64,000 bases of DNA, from the NCBI GenBank assembly GCA_033856175.1, contig JAWVFK010000018.1, positions 3,104 to 67,103 on the forward strand. Direction: 5' to 3'. Origin of the DNA: Solirubrobacterales bacterium. Its GTDB lineage: Bacteria > Actinomycetota > Thermoleophilia > Solirubrobacterales > 70-9. Shown here piece by piece: positions 52,292-61,045 of this stretch (its first letter is position 1; each line of letters starts with the position of its first letter). A program made the position numbers and the translations under genes. The notes beneath the pieces are model-generated. The model ran no database searches. It saw nothing but the letters and a program-made list of their open reading frames with translations, and was not told where the DNA came from.

Positions 52292-53281
52292 ATGGCTGTG
52301 ATGCGGATGCGCGAGGCCCTGCGGGACGCGATGGCCGAGGAGATGGAGCGCGACGAGACCGTCTACGTGATGGGCGAGGACGTCGGCGTCTTCCAGGGGG
52401 CCTTCAAGGTGACCGAGGGCCTGATGGACCGCTTCGGCGAGAAGCGCGTGCGCGACACGCCGATCTCCGAGAACACGATCGTCGGCGTCGGCGTCGGCTC
52501 GGCGATGACCGGGCTGCGGCCGATCGTCGAGATCATGACCGTCAACTTCTCGCTGCTGGCGCTGGACCAGATCGTCAACCACGCCGCGGCGATCCCCTAC
52601 ATGTTCAACGGCCAGGTGCGGGTGCCGCTGGTCATCCGGATGCCGGGCGGTGGCGGCCACCAGCTCGGCCCCACCCACTCGCACAGCTTCGAGGCGCTTT
52701 TCCTGCAGGTGCCGGGGCTGCTGGTCGCCTGTCCCTCGACCCCCGCCGACGGCAAGGGGCTGTTGAAGACGGCGATTCGCAACGACAACCCGGTGATCTT
52801 CCTCGAGCACGAGTCGCTCTACGGCGCTCGCGGCGAGGTGCCCGACGACGACGATCACACCGTGCCGTTCGGCCGGGCGGCGATCCGTCGCGAGGGAACC
52901 GACCTCACCGTGATCGCGGTCCTGCGGATGGCGCAGATCGCCGAACAGGCGGCGAAGACGCTCGCCAACGAGCACGGCGTCGAGGCGGAGGTCATCGACC
53001 CGCGGACGCTGCGGCCGCTGGACCTCGAGACGATCCTCGAATCGGTCCGCAAGACGAACCGCGTCGTTGTCGTCGAGGAGGGCTGGCCTCACGGCGGCGT
53101 CGGGGCAAACCTCGCCGCGCTGATCCAGGAGCAGGCCTTCGACTATCTCGACGCGCCGATCCAGCGGGTCACCGGCGCCGACGTCCCGATGCCCTACTCG
53201 AAGCGGATGGAGCAGGCGGCGATCCCCCACCAGGAGCACGTCGTCAGCGCCGCGCTGGCGACCCTGGAGGGCTCGCTATGA
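52292..53281 (+). CDS. pdhB: 2-oxoacid dehydrogenase E1 beta subunit
   Basis: MREALRDAMAEEM..GEDVG..GAFKVT..RVRDTPISE; 329 aa. Confidence 0.9.
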   Translation: MAVMRMREALRDAMAEEMERDETVYVMGEDVGVFQGAFKVTEGLMDRFGEKRVRDTPISENTIVGVGVGSAMTGLRPIVEIMTVNFSLLALDQIVNHAAAIPYMFNGQVRVPLVIRMPGGGGHQLGPTHSHSFEALFLQVPGLLVACPSTPADGKGLLKTAIRNDNPVIFLEHESLYGARGEVPDDDDHTVPFGRAAIRREGTDLTVIAVLRMAQIAEQAAKTLANEHGVEAEVIDPRTLRPLDLETILESVRKTNRVVVVEEGWPHGGVGANLAALIQEQAFDYLDAPIQRVTGADVPMPYSKRMEQAAIPHQEHVVSAALATLEGSL

Positions 53282-53311
53282 GACCGGCCGCCAGCGGCAG
53301 CGAGGTCGTCG

Positions 53312-54640
53312 ATGGCTGACGTCGTCATGCCGCGGCTCTCCGACTCGATGGAGGAGGGAACGATCCTGCGCTGGCTCAAGCAGGCGGGCGACCAGCTCGC
53401 CGTCGGCGACGAGCTCGTCGAGATCGAGACCGACAAGGCCAACATGGTCTACGAGGCCGACACGGCGGGGACGCTGACCGAGATCCTCGCCCAGGAGGGA
53501 GAGACGCTGCCGATCGGCGAGCCGATCGCCCGGATCGGGGATGGGGATGGCGGCGGGGACGATGGCGGCGGTTCCAATGGCGCCGCTGCCAAAGCGGCGC
53601 CGACGAAGGAAGCGAAGGAGGAGCCCCCCGCCGCCGAGCCGGCCGAGCCCGAGCCCGCCGCCGAGCCGGCTTCCCGCCCCGCTGAGCCTTCGAGCGCGCC
53701 GACGGCGACTGCAGCCGCCCCCGCGCGGCCCGAGTCGCCGAGCGACGGCGACGGCCGCGTCAAGGCATCTCCGATCGCCCGCCGGATAGCTCGCGACCAA
53801 GGCGTCGATCTCGGCTCGCTCCACGGCTCGGGCCCGGGCGGGCGGATCGTCAAGGCCGACGTCGAGGCGGCTCAGGGCTCCGCCCAGCCCCAGGCGCCTG
53901 CGAGCGCCGCGTCGGCCCCGGCAGGCACACCCGACCTGGCAACGGCGAAGGGCTCGGTCACCGTCCAGGAGCTGACGAAGCTGCAGCAGACCGTCGCCCG
54001 GCGAATGGCGGAGTCGAAGGCGACGGCGCCGCACTTCTACCTCAGCGCCGACATCGACATGACCCGAGCGGTCGAAGCGCGGTCGCGGATCAAGGCGGCG
54101 GCGGCCGAGGACGAGGTCGTCCCCTCCTTCAACGACATGGTCGTCAAGGCCTGCGCGATCGCTCTGCGTGAGCACCCGCGCGCCAACGGCGCCTATCGCG
54201 ACGGCCGGCTCGAGCTCTACTCACGCATCAACGTCGGCGTGGCGGTCGCCGCGCAGGACGCGCTCGTCGTGCCGACGGTCTTCGACGCCGACCTCAAGGG
54301 CCTGCGACAGATCGCCGGCGAGGTCCGCGCCGTCGCCGGCAGGGTGCGCGAGGGAACGGTGACGCCGCCCGAGCTCTCGGGCGGGACGTTCACGGTCTCC
54401 AACCTCGGCATGTACGGGATCGACAGCTTCTCCGCCGTCATCAACCCGCCCCAGGCGGCGATCCTCGCCGTCGGCGCGATCGTCGAGCGGCCCGTCGTCC
54501 GCGACGGCGAGATCGCGACCGCCCAGCTGATGTCGGTGACGCTGGCCTGCGATCACCGCATCCTCTACGGCGCCGACGGCGCCGAGTTCCTGGCACGGAT
54601 CCGGCATCTGCTCGAAGAGCCGCTGGCGTTGGCGCTATGA
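53312..54640 (+). CDS. pdhC: dihydrolipoamide acyltransferase E2
   Basis: Lipoyl domain (VEIETDKANM), Ala/Pro linker, E3-binding domain (ASPIARRIARDQGVDL), and catalytic DHRILYG. Confidence 0.92.
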   Translation: MADVVMPRLSDSMEEGTILRWLKQAGDQLAVGDELVEIETDKANMVYEADTAGTLTEILAQEGETLPIGEPIARIGDGDGGGDDGGGSNGAAAKAAPTKEAKEEPPAAEPAEPEPAAEPASRPAEPSSAPTATAAAPARPESPSDGDGRVKASPIARRIARDQGVDLGSLHGSGPGGRIVKADVEAAQGSAQPQAPASAASAPAGTPDLATAKGSVTVQELTKLQQTVARRMAESKATAPHFYLSADIDMTRAVEARSRIKAAAAEDEVVPSFNDMVVKACAIALREHPRANGAYRDGRLELYSRINVGVAVAAQDALVVPTVFDADLKGLRQIAGEVRAVAGRVREGTVTPPELSGGTFTVSNLGMYGIDSFSAVINPPQAAILAVGAIVERPVVRDGEIATAQLMSVTLACDHRILYGADGAEFLARIRHLLEEPLALAL

Positions 54641-55107
54641 CGGCAGCGGCGTCCAATCCCAGCGTGGCCGAGTCGCTGCCCCACGTCGACGAGCACTCGA
54701 TCGAGGTCGAGGCTGCGCCCGACGTGGTCTGGCCGGCGATGCTCAGCGTCGCCGGCGGCGCCTTCCGCGGCCGCGGCAAGGGCCTGTTCGCAGCCGCCGT
54801 CGGCGCGTCGGAGCGTGCGGCCAGCGGCACCGTCGGCGAGGTCGGCTCGACGATCGTCGGCTTCCGCGTCGCTCGCTCCGAGCCGCCGTCGCTGCTCTCG
54901 CTCGAGGGCAGCCACCGCTTCTCCCGCTACGCGCTGATCTTCCGCGTCGACGACCTCGGCCAGGGCCGCTCACGCCTACGCGCCGAGACCCGCGCCGTCT
55001 TCCCCGGGCCGCACGGCAAGGTCTACCGCGGGCTGGTCATCGGCAGCCGCATCCACGTCTTGGTGACGCGGCGGATGCTGGCTGCGATCAAGCAGCGCGC
55101 AGGCTAA
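54637..55107 (+). CDS. SRPBCC-superfamily (polyketide cyclase/START-like) protein
   Basis: 156 aa. The EHSIEVEAAPDVVWPAM pattern is typical of the SRPBCC N-terminal strand-helix. Overlaps the E2 stop by 4 nt. Confidence 0.55.
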   Translation: MTAAASNPSVAESLPHVDEHSIEVEAAPDVVWPAMLSVAGGAFRGRGKGLFAAAVGASERAASGTVGEVGSTIVGFRVARSEPPSLLSLEGSHRFSRYALIFRVDDLGQGRSRLRAETRAVFPGPHGKVYRGLVIGSRIHVLVTRRMLAAIKQRAG

Positions 55108-55145
55108 GCGCCGCTGCTCTCACCACTGCCTGCCAGACTGAATGC

Positions 55146-55919
55146 ATGAGCAGCGAGCTCCTCGTCGCACGCTACGGCGTCGTTCCTTACGGCGAAGCGC
55201 GCGAGCTTCAGCTGCGCGTCGCGCAGGCGCGGCAGGCCGAGCAGATCGCCGACGTCCTCCTTCTCCTCCAGCACCCACCCACCTACACGCGCGGCCGTCG
55301 CTCGACCGCCGCGGAGCTGCCGATGGGCGAGGACTGGTACCGAATGCAGGGGATCGAGGTCACCGAGACCGATCGCGGCGGGCGGGTGACCTACCACGGC
55401 CCCGGCCAGCTGGTGGGCTATCCGATCGTCAGCCTGCGCCCCTACGGCGACGATGTCCACGACTACGTGCGACGAATGGAGAGGGTGGCGATCGAGTCGC
55501 TCGCCGTCCATGGCGTCGAAGCGAGAACCATCGAGGGCCTGACCGGCGTCTGGACCGCGGGCGAGCGGCCCGGTGCCGGCGGCGCGCCCGGCGAGGCGCG
55601 CAAGATCGGCTCGATCGGCGTCCACGTCAGCCGCGGCGTCACGACCCACGGCTTCGCGATCAACGTCAACAACGACCTGCAGCCCTTCGAATGGATCGTC
55701 CCCTGCGGGATCGAGGGCTGCCGGGTGACCTCGCTCTCGCGCGAGCTCGGCGCCGAGCAGGATCTCGACGGCTTCGCGACGACGGTTCGCGACCGGTTTG
55801 CGGCGATCTACGAGCGCAGCGCCGTCGAGATCGAAGTCGCCGGGCTCGAGGATCGACTGGCAGCTGCCGAGCTGACGACGACCGCCGCCGAGGCCGCCCC
55901 GGTAGGTTCAGCCCAGTGA
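55146..55919 (+). CDS. lipB: octanoyltransferase
   Basis: HPPTYTRG, RGGRVTYHGPGQLV, KIGSIGVHV (catalytic Lys), and VPCGI (catalytic Cys). Confidence 0.93.
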   Translation: MSSELLVARYGVVPYGEARELQLRVAQARQAEQIADVLLLLQHPPTYTRGRRSTAAELPMGEDWYRMQGIEVTETDRGGRVTYHGPGQLVGYPIVSLRPYGDDVHDYVRRMERVAIESLAVHGVEARTIEGLTGVWTAGERPGAGGAPGEARKIGSIGVHVSRGVTTHGFAINVNNDLQPFEWIVPCGIEGCRVTSLSRELGAEQDLDGFATTVRDRFAAIYERSAVEIEVAGLEDRLAAAELTTTAAEAAPVGSAQ

Positions 55920-56878
55920 CCGAAACCGAGCGCCTCCACGTCACCCGCTCGCGGGCGCGCCCCGGCGGCCGCAGCGGCGCCGCATCCGCCGAGGTCCGCC
56001 CCTTCCGCGAGCGCAAGCCGCCGTGGCTGAAGGTGCCCGCCCCCGGCGGACCGGTCTACCGCGAGATCAAGGAGCTGATGCGCGAGGCGAATCTGCACAC
56101 GGTCTGCGAGGAGGCCAACTGTCCCAACGTCGGCGAGTGCTGGGAGCGCGGCACGGCGACCTTCATGATCCTCGGCGACGTCTGCACCCGCCGCTGCGGC
56201 TTCTGCAACGTCAAGACGGGCGTGCCGAGCTGGAGCGACCCCCTGGAGCCGCTGCGCGTCGCCAACTCGGTCAAGCGCATGGGCCTCCGCCACGCGGTCA
56301 TCACCTCGGTCGACCGCGACGACCTGCCCGACTACGGCGCCGGGGCCTTCGTCGGCGTGATCCGCTCGATCCGCCGCCTGGCGCCCGAGTGCAGGGTCGA
56401 GGTGCTGACCCCGGACTTTCGCGGCCAGGAGATGCCGCTGGCCAAGGTGATCGCCGAGCGGCCCGACGTCTTCAACCACAACGTCGAGACGGTGCCGCGG
56501 CTGTACTCGCTCGCCCGCCGCGGATCGCGCTTCGAGCGCTCCTGCCGCGTTCTCTCGACGGCGAAGCAGATGGGCGGTGACGACGTACTGACGAAGTCCG
56601 GGCTGATGGTTGGCCTCGGCGAGGAGTTCGACGAGATGGTCGAGGCCTTCGGCCTGCTGCGCGAACACGACGTTCAGATCCTCACCGTCGGCCAGTACCT
56701 GCGGCCGACCGAGAACCACCTGCCGGTCGTTCGCTACTGGCACCCGGATGAGTTCGCGGCGCTCGAGCAGGCCGCCTATGAGCTTGGCTTCGAGTCTGTC
56801 GCCGCGGGGCCCCTCGTTCGCAGCTCCTACCACGCCGACGAGCAGCTGCCCGACCGCCGCGCCACCGCAGCGATCTAG
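55916..56878 (+). CDS. lipA: lipoyl synthase
   Basis: GTG 55916 overlaps the lipB TGA (GTGA). CEEANCPNVGEC auxiliary cluster and radical-SAM CTRRCGFC. The ORF-track start 55142 runs through lipB. Confidence 0.93.
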   Translation: MTETERLHVTRSRARPGGRSGAASAEVRPFRERKPPWLKVPAPGGPVYREIKELMREANLHTVCEEANCPNVGECWERGTATFMILGDVCTRRCGFCNVKTGVPSWSDPLEPLRVANSVKRMGLRHAVITSVDRDDLPDYGAGAFVGVIRSIRRLAPECRVEVLTPDFRGQEMPLAKVIAERPDVFNHNVETVPRLYSLARRGSRFERSCRVLSTAKQMGGDDVLTKSGLMVGLGEEFDEMVEAFGLLREHDVQILTVGQYLRPTENHLPVVRYWHPDEFAALEQAAYELGFESVAAGPLVRSSYHADEQLPDRRATAAI

Positions 56879-56944
56879 CCTGCGCCGCTGCTCTGCGGCG
56901 CGAGCGGTGAATGGCGCCAGCGCCGGGGTAGGGTTTGCGCGCCC

Positions 56945-57790
56945 GTGATTCCGCTGAGGGACAACATCCGCACCACGCGCTTCCCGGTCGTGACGGTGCT
57001 GCTGATCCTCGCCAACATCATCGTCTTCGGCTGGCAGCTCGGTCACCCGGGGGACAAGGCGTCGAATGCACAGCTCGAGCGGCTCGGCGTCTCGCAGAGC
57101 GACGAGAACGCCCTCGACTACGGCGCGATCCCCTATCGCCTGACCCACCCCGGCAAGGAGTGCTCGGTCGGCACACCCTCTGCCGATGCCGGGCCCTCGA
57201 CGTCCGAGGTCGTCTGTCAGGGCAGCGACAAGGAGAGCGAGGCGAGGCAGCGCGGCGAGCTGGTGCCGATCCACCAGGCGCCCTGGTGGGTCACCGTGTT
57301 CAGCTCGATGTTCATGCACGGCGGACTGCTGCACATCGGCTTCAACATGCTCTTCCTCTGGATCTTCGGCAACAACGTCGAGGACGCGATGGGCCGGCTC
57401 AAGTTCCTGGTCTTCTATCTGCTCGCCGGGATCGCGGCGCTCTACGCGCAGGCGGCGATCGACCCGAGCGCGACGACACCCACGATCGGCGCCAGCGGTG
57501 CGATCGCGGGAGTTCTGGGCGGCTACGCGATGCTCTATCCGAAAGCGCGCGTCCTCACCCTCGTGTTCATCATCTTCTTCATCACGCTGATCGAGATCCC
57601 GGCACTGGTGATGCTCGGCATCTGGTTCGTCCTCCAGTTCCTGCCGGCGATCGGCCAGCTGGCGACGCCAGAGATAGGCAGCCAGGGCGGAGTCGCCTAC
57701 TTCGCCCATGTCGGCGGCTTCGTCTTCGGCCTCGCACTGGTCAAGCTGTTCGCCTCGCGCCACCGGCAGACGCCGTATCAGGTCGCCTAG
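56945..57790 (+). CDS. rhomboid-family intramembrane serine protease
   Basis: HIGFNMLFLW (HxxxN), GASGAIAGVLG (GxSG), and FAHVGGFVFG (catalytic His), with 6-7 TM helices. Confidence 0.88.
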   Translation: MIPLRDNIRTTRFPVVTVLLILANIIVFGWQLGHPGDKASNAQLERLGVSQSDENALDYGAIPYRLTHPGKECSVGTPSADAGPSTSEVVCQGSDKESEARQRGELVPIHQAPWWVTVFSSMFMHGGLLHIGFNMLFLWIFGNNVEDAMGRLKFLVFYLLAGIAALYAQAAIDPSATTPTIGASGAIAGVLGGYAMLYPKARVLTLVFIIFFITLIEIPALVMLGIWFVLQFLPAIGQLATPEIGSQGGVAYFAHVGGFVFGLALVKLFASRHRQTPYQVA

Positions 57791-57802
57791 TGGGGGCCAC
57801 TG

Positions 57803-58000
57803 GTGAGTGACCCCGGGGGCCCGGGGGTGCGCCGCGCGGCGCTGATCGCGGGACTCGTCTTCTGCATCGTCTTCGGGCTGATGACGCTGACGGTGATGGC
57901 CAGCTCGGGCGTCGACGTGCTGACGGTCGCCTCGCTGGTCATCGTGGCGATGATCGGCGCCGGGCTCTACGGCGCCGCCCAGGCCCCGCCAGAGGAGTGA
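57803..58000 (+). CDS. small two-TM membrane protein
   Basis: 65-aa ORF with two hydrophobic helices. 4-nt overlap with the downstream gene. Confidence 0.45.
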   Translation: MSDPGGPGVRRAALIAGLVFCIVFGLMTLTVMASSGVDVLTVASLVIVAMIGAGLYGAAQAPPEE

Positions 58001-58989
58001 GGCGCGCTGCGGTCAGGGCCGCGCTCGCCGCGCTTGCCATGGCGCTGGTGGCGCTGGGGATCAGCGCGCTCGCCGGCGCCGGCGGCGGCGACACGGAGAA
58101 AGCGAGCGCACCGCGCCTCACAGGGGCCGGCGCGACGCCGATGCAGATTGCCAACGGGCCGCTGCCGGCCCAGAGCCCCAACCGCGTGGCGATCCACTTC
58201 CACCGCCCGCCTCGAGCCGGCCTGCTCTTCGACCTGCGGACCGGACAGCCGCTCTGGCAGCACGACGCCGGCCGCCGGCTGCCGATCGCGAGCCTGACGA
58301 AGATGAGGACCGGGCTGATCGTCACCAAGCGGCATCGCCCGGGCGAGCGCGTTCGCATCACCAGGGCGGCACTCGCCTATCAGGGCTCCGGAATCGGGCT
58401 GTTGCCGAGAGGCAGGAAGGTGACTGTGGGCGCTCTTCTCGACGGGCTGATGCTCGTCTCCGGCAACGACGCCGCGATCGCGCTCGCCCAGCACGACGCC
58501 GGCTCCGTGCCGGCCTTCATCCGGCGGATGAACCAGTGGGCCCGTTCGATGGGACTTGGCTGCACCCACTTCTCGACCCCGAACGGCTTCCTTGATGCCG
58601 GCAACCATTCCTGCGCGACGGACCTCGCCAGCCTGGCGCGAGCCGACCTCGCCAACCCGACGCTGCGGCGGCTGGCGCGGACGCGCCACGTCCGGGTGCG
58701 CTTCCCGATCGCCGGTGGCCACCTCGAGCTCAACAACAACAACCCGCTGCTCGGGGAGCCGGGGGTCACCGGCCTGAAGACCGGGCTCACCGACCGCGCC
58801 GGGCGCTGCTACGTGATCACCGCCGAGCGCGGGCGCCGCGGCCTCGGCGTCGTCCTTCTCAACTCGACCAACCCGATCGCCCAGATCCACCGTCTGCTGC
58901 GCGCCGGCTGGCGTGCGCGCGCCCAGTCAGCTGCCGCTCTGCCCGCCGCCGATCGCCGCGCTGGAGCCCGCTCCCGGCCTTCCGGCTAG
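57997..58989 (+). CDS. D-alanyl-D-alanine carboxypeptidase (PBP5/6-type serine peptidase)
   Basis: SxxK (ASLTKM), SxN (SGND) and KTG (LKTGLT), with an N-terminal signal/anchor. Confidence 0.88.
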   Translation: MRRAAVRAALAALAMALVALGISALAGAGGGDTEKASAPRLTGAGATPMQIANGPLPAQSPNRVAIHFHRPPRAGLLFDLRTGQPLWQHDAGRRLPIASLTKMRTGLIVTKRHRPGERVRITRAALAYQGSGIGLLPRGRKVTVGALLDGLMLVSGNDAAIALAQHDAGSVPAFIRRMNQWARSMGLGCTHFSTPNGFLDAGNHSCATDLASLARADLANPTLRRLARTRHVRVRFPIAGGHLELNNNNPLLGEPGVTGLKTGLTDRAGRCYVITAERGRRGLGVVLLNSTNPIAQIHRLLRAGWRARAQSAAALPAADRRAGARSRPSG

Positions 58990-59471
58990 GGGTTGATCGG
59001 TCCCGGCGGTTCGCCGAAGGTCTGCCGCGACGCATTGGCCCACCCGCAGATGATGTGGTCCGTGCCGCCGGGCGGGAAGACCTTCTCGGTGTGGGTGCGG
59101 GCGAAGTAGCGCTCGCCGTCGGCATCGTGGCGGACGCGCCAGTTGCCGTGGATGTCGGTTCGGGTCCTGGCGACGATCGTCTTCGCGTGTGTCTCGCGGT
59201 CGACCATCACCAGCTCCACCGCCCGGTGCTGCTCGCAGAGCTGGCGCGGCGACCGGACGAAGCCGTAGAAGCCGTATTCGGCGGGAGGCTGCTGCGCGGC
59301 GTCGGCGTCGATGTAGTGGTCGATGACCAGGGTCGAGGGGTAATGGGCATCGTTCTTGTGCGGCTTGGCCGCCGCCATCGCCGTGGCAAGCGCGACCGCC
59401 GCGACGAGCGCTGCGCCGATACCCAGACCGCGTGAAGCTCGTGAGCTCATATGGCTGACACCTTTCGGCAA
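58986..59471 (-). CDS. hypothetical secreted protein
   Basis: 161-aa ORF with signal-like SRGLGIGAALVAAVALATAMAAA; no motif recognised. Its stop overlaps the convergent carboxypeptidase stop (CTAG). Confidence 0.5.
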   Translation of the reverse strand: MPKGVSHMSSRASRGLGIGAALVAAVALATAMAAAKPHKNDAHYPSTLVIDHYIDADAAQQPPAEYGFYGFVRSPRQLCEQHRAVELVMVDRETHAKTIVARTRTDIHGNWRVRHDADGERYFARTHTEKVFPPGGTDHIICGWANASRQTFGEPPGPINP

Positions 59472-59508
59472 TCGTCGGGGCGATCCTGCGTGCGGTCGCC
59501 AACTCTAA

Positions 59509-59581
59509 TGGAGCCAGCCGGGCTCGAACCGGCGACCTCCGCCTTGCAAAGGCGGCGCTCTTCCAGCTGAGCTATGGCCCC
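59509..59581 (-). tRNA. tRNA-Ala (TGC)
   Basis: Reverse complement ggggccaTAGCTCAGCTGGAAGAGC..ccgccTTTGCAAggcgg..GGTTCGAGCCC..tggctcc a. G3:U70 alanine identity pair present. 73 nt. Confidence 0.88.
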
Positions 59582-59662
59582 GTTGGGCTCATTCTATTGC
59601 GAGCCCGCCGACGGCCCCACCCTGTGTGAGAGACTGCGAGCTGACCACTGGAGGGCACGAGG

Positions 59663-61030
59663 ATGGGACCGGAAACCGAAGCACCCGAGCAGTCGGTCGG
59701 CGAGCTCGACGGCGCCGATCACTCGCCGCAGGCGGTGCAGGACGCGAAGGAGGCCGCTGAGGGCTCCGGCCAGCCCAAGCCGGGGCAGCGTGCCGAGATG
59801 TCGAACCTCGACATCGTCCGCCACTACTTCGACATCGCCGTCGAGCGGCTGGGCCTGCCCGACGACCTGCGGACGGTCTTCTGGACCCCCTACCGCGAGG
59901 TCACCGTCCAGATCCCGGTCAAGCTCAGCGACGGCAAGGTCCACGTCTTCTCCGGCTACCGGATCCAGCACAACGGCGCCCGCGGCCCGTACAAGGGCGG
60001 CATCCGCTTCCACCCCGAGGTCGACATCGACGAGGTCCGCGCTCTCGCCTCGCTGATGACCTGGAAGACGGCTATCGCCGGCGTGCCCTTCGGCGGCGCC
60101 AAGGGCGGCGTCAACTGCCCGGCGACCGAGCTCAGCCTCGACGAGCTGCAGAAGATCTCGCGCTCCTTCATGAGCAAGATCGAGAAGGTCCTCGGCCCGA
60201 CCCGCGACATCCCGGCGCCGGACGTCAACACCAACGCCCAGACGATGGCCTGGATGATGGACGAGTACGGCAAGCTGCACGGCCACACGCCGGCGATCTG
60301 CACCGGCAAGCCGATCGAGCTCGAAGGATCGCTCGGCCGCGAGGCGGCGACCGGCCGCGGCTGCGTCTACATGTTTCGCGAGGCCGCGCCGCAGCTCGGC
60401 ATCACTCCCGCCGACACCACGTTCGTCGTCCAGGGCTACGGCAACGTCGGCTCCTGGGCGGCGCGGATCATGCAGCAGCTCGGCTGTCGCATGATCGGCG
60501 TCTCCGATGCCAACGGCGCCGTCCGCTCGGACGCCGGCATCGACGCCGACAAGCTCGAGGAGTTCATCAAGCAGGGCGGCAAGCTGACCGAGTTCGAGAG
60601 CGTCGAGGAGATCGACCCCGACGACCTGCTGGCGATCGAGTGCGACGTCTTCATCCCGGCGGCGCTCGGCGGCATGATCCACGAGGGCAACGCCGACCGG
60701 ATGCGCTGCCGCGTCATCGTCGAGGGCGCCAACAGCCCGACGACACCCGCGGCCGACGAGATCCTCGAGGGCAAGGGCGTCTACATCATTCCCGACGTCA
60801 TGGCCAACGCCGGCGGCGTCGTCGGCTCCTACTTCGAGTGGGTCCAGAACCTCCAGCACTTCCGCTGGGAGGAGCGCGACTACAACGACAAGCTCGGCAA
60901 CACGATGCGCCGGGCCTACCGCGAGGTCTCGGGCCGCGCCAAGGAGGAGAAGCTCTCGCTCCGTCACGCCGCCTACCTCGTCGGCATCGAGCGCGTCGTC
61001 GAGGCAGCGCGCATCCGCGGCTACATCTAA
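59663..61030 (+). CDS. gdhA: NAD(P)-glutamate dehydrogenase
   Basis: GGIRFHP, catalytic-Lys region PFGGAKGGV, dinucleotide fold VQGYGNVG. In-frame ATG 59798 (MSNLDIVRHYF) is an alternative start. Confidence 0.92.
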   Translation: MGPETEAPEQSVGELDGADHSPQAVQDAKEAAEGSGQPKPGQRAEMSNLDIVRHYFDIAVERLGLPDDLRTVFWTPYREVTVQIPVKLSDGKVHVFSGYRIQHNGARGPYKGGIRFHPEVDIDEVRALASLMTWKTAIAGVPFGGAKGGVNCPATELSLDELQKISRSFMSKIEKVLGPTRDIPAPDVNTNAQTMAWMMDEYGKLHGHTPAICTGKPIELEGSLGREAATGRGCVYMFREAAPQLGITPADTTFVVQGYGNVGSWAARIMQQLGCRMIGVSDANGAVRSDAGIDADKLEEFIKQGGKLTEFESVEEIDPDDLLAIECDVFIPAALGGMIHEGNADRMRCRVIVEGANSPTTPAADEILEGKGVYIIPDVMANAGGVVGSYFEWVQNLQHFRWEERDYNDKLGNTMRRAYREVSGRAKEEKLSLRHAAYLVGIERVVEAARIRGYI

Positions 61031-61045
61031 GCCGCGGAGGTCCCG

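Noticed and set aside
59509-59581. tRNA-Ala(TGC) as part of an rRNA operon spacer
   Set aside because: No 16S or 23S sequence flanks it. It sits between a hypothetical gene and gdh. The same holds for tRNA-Ala(CGC) at 63627.
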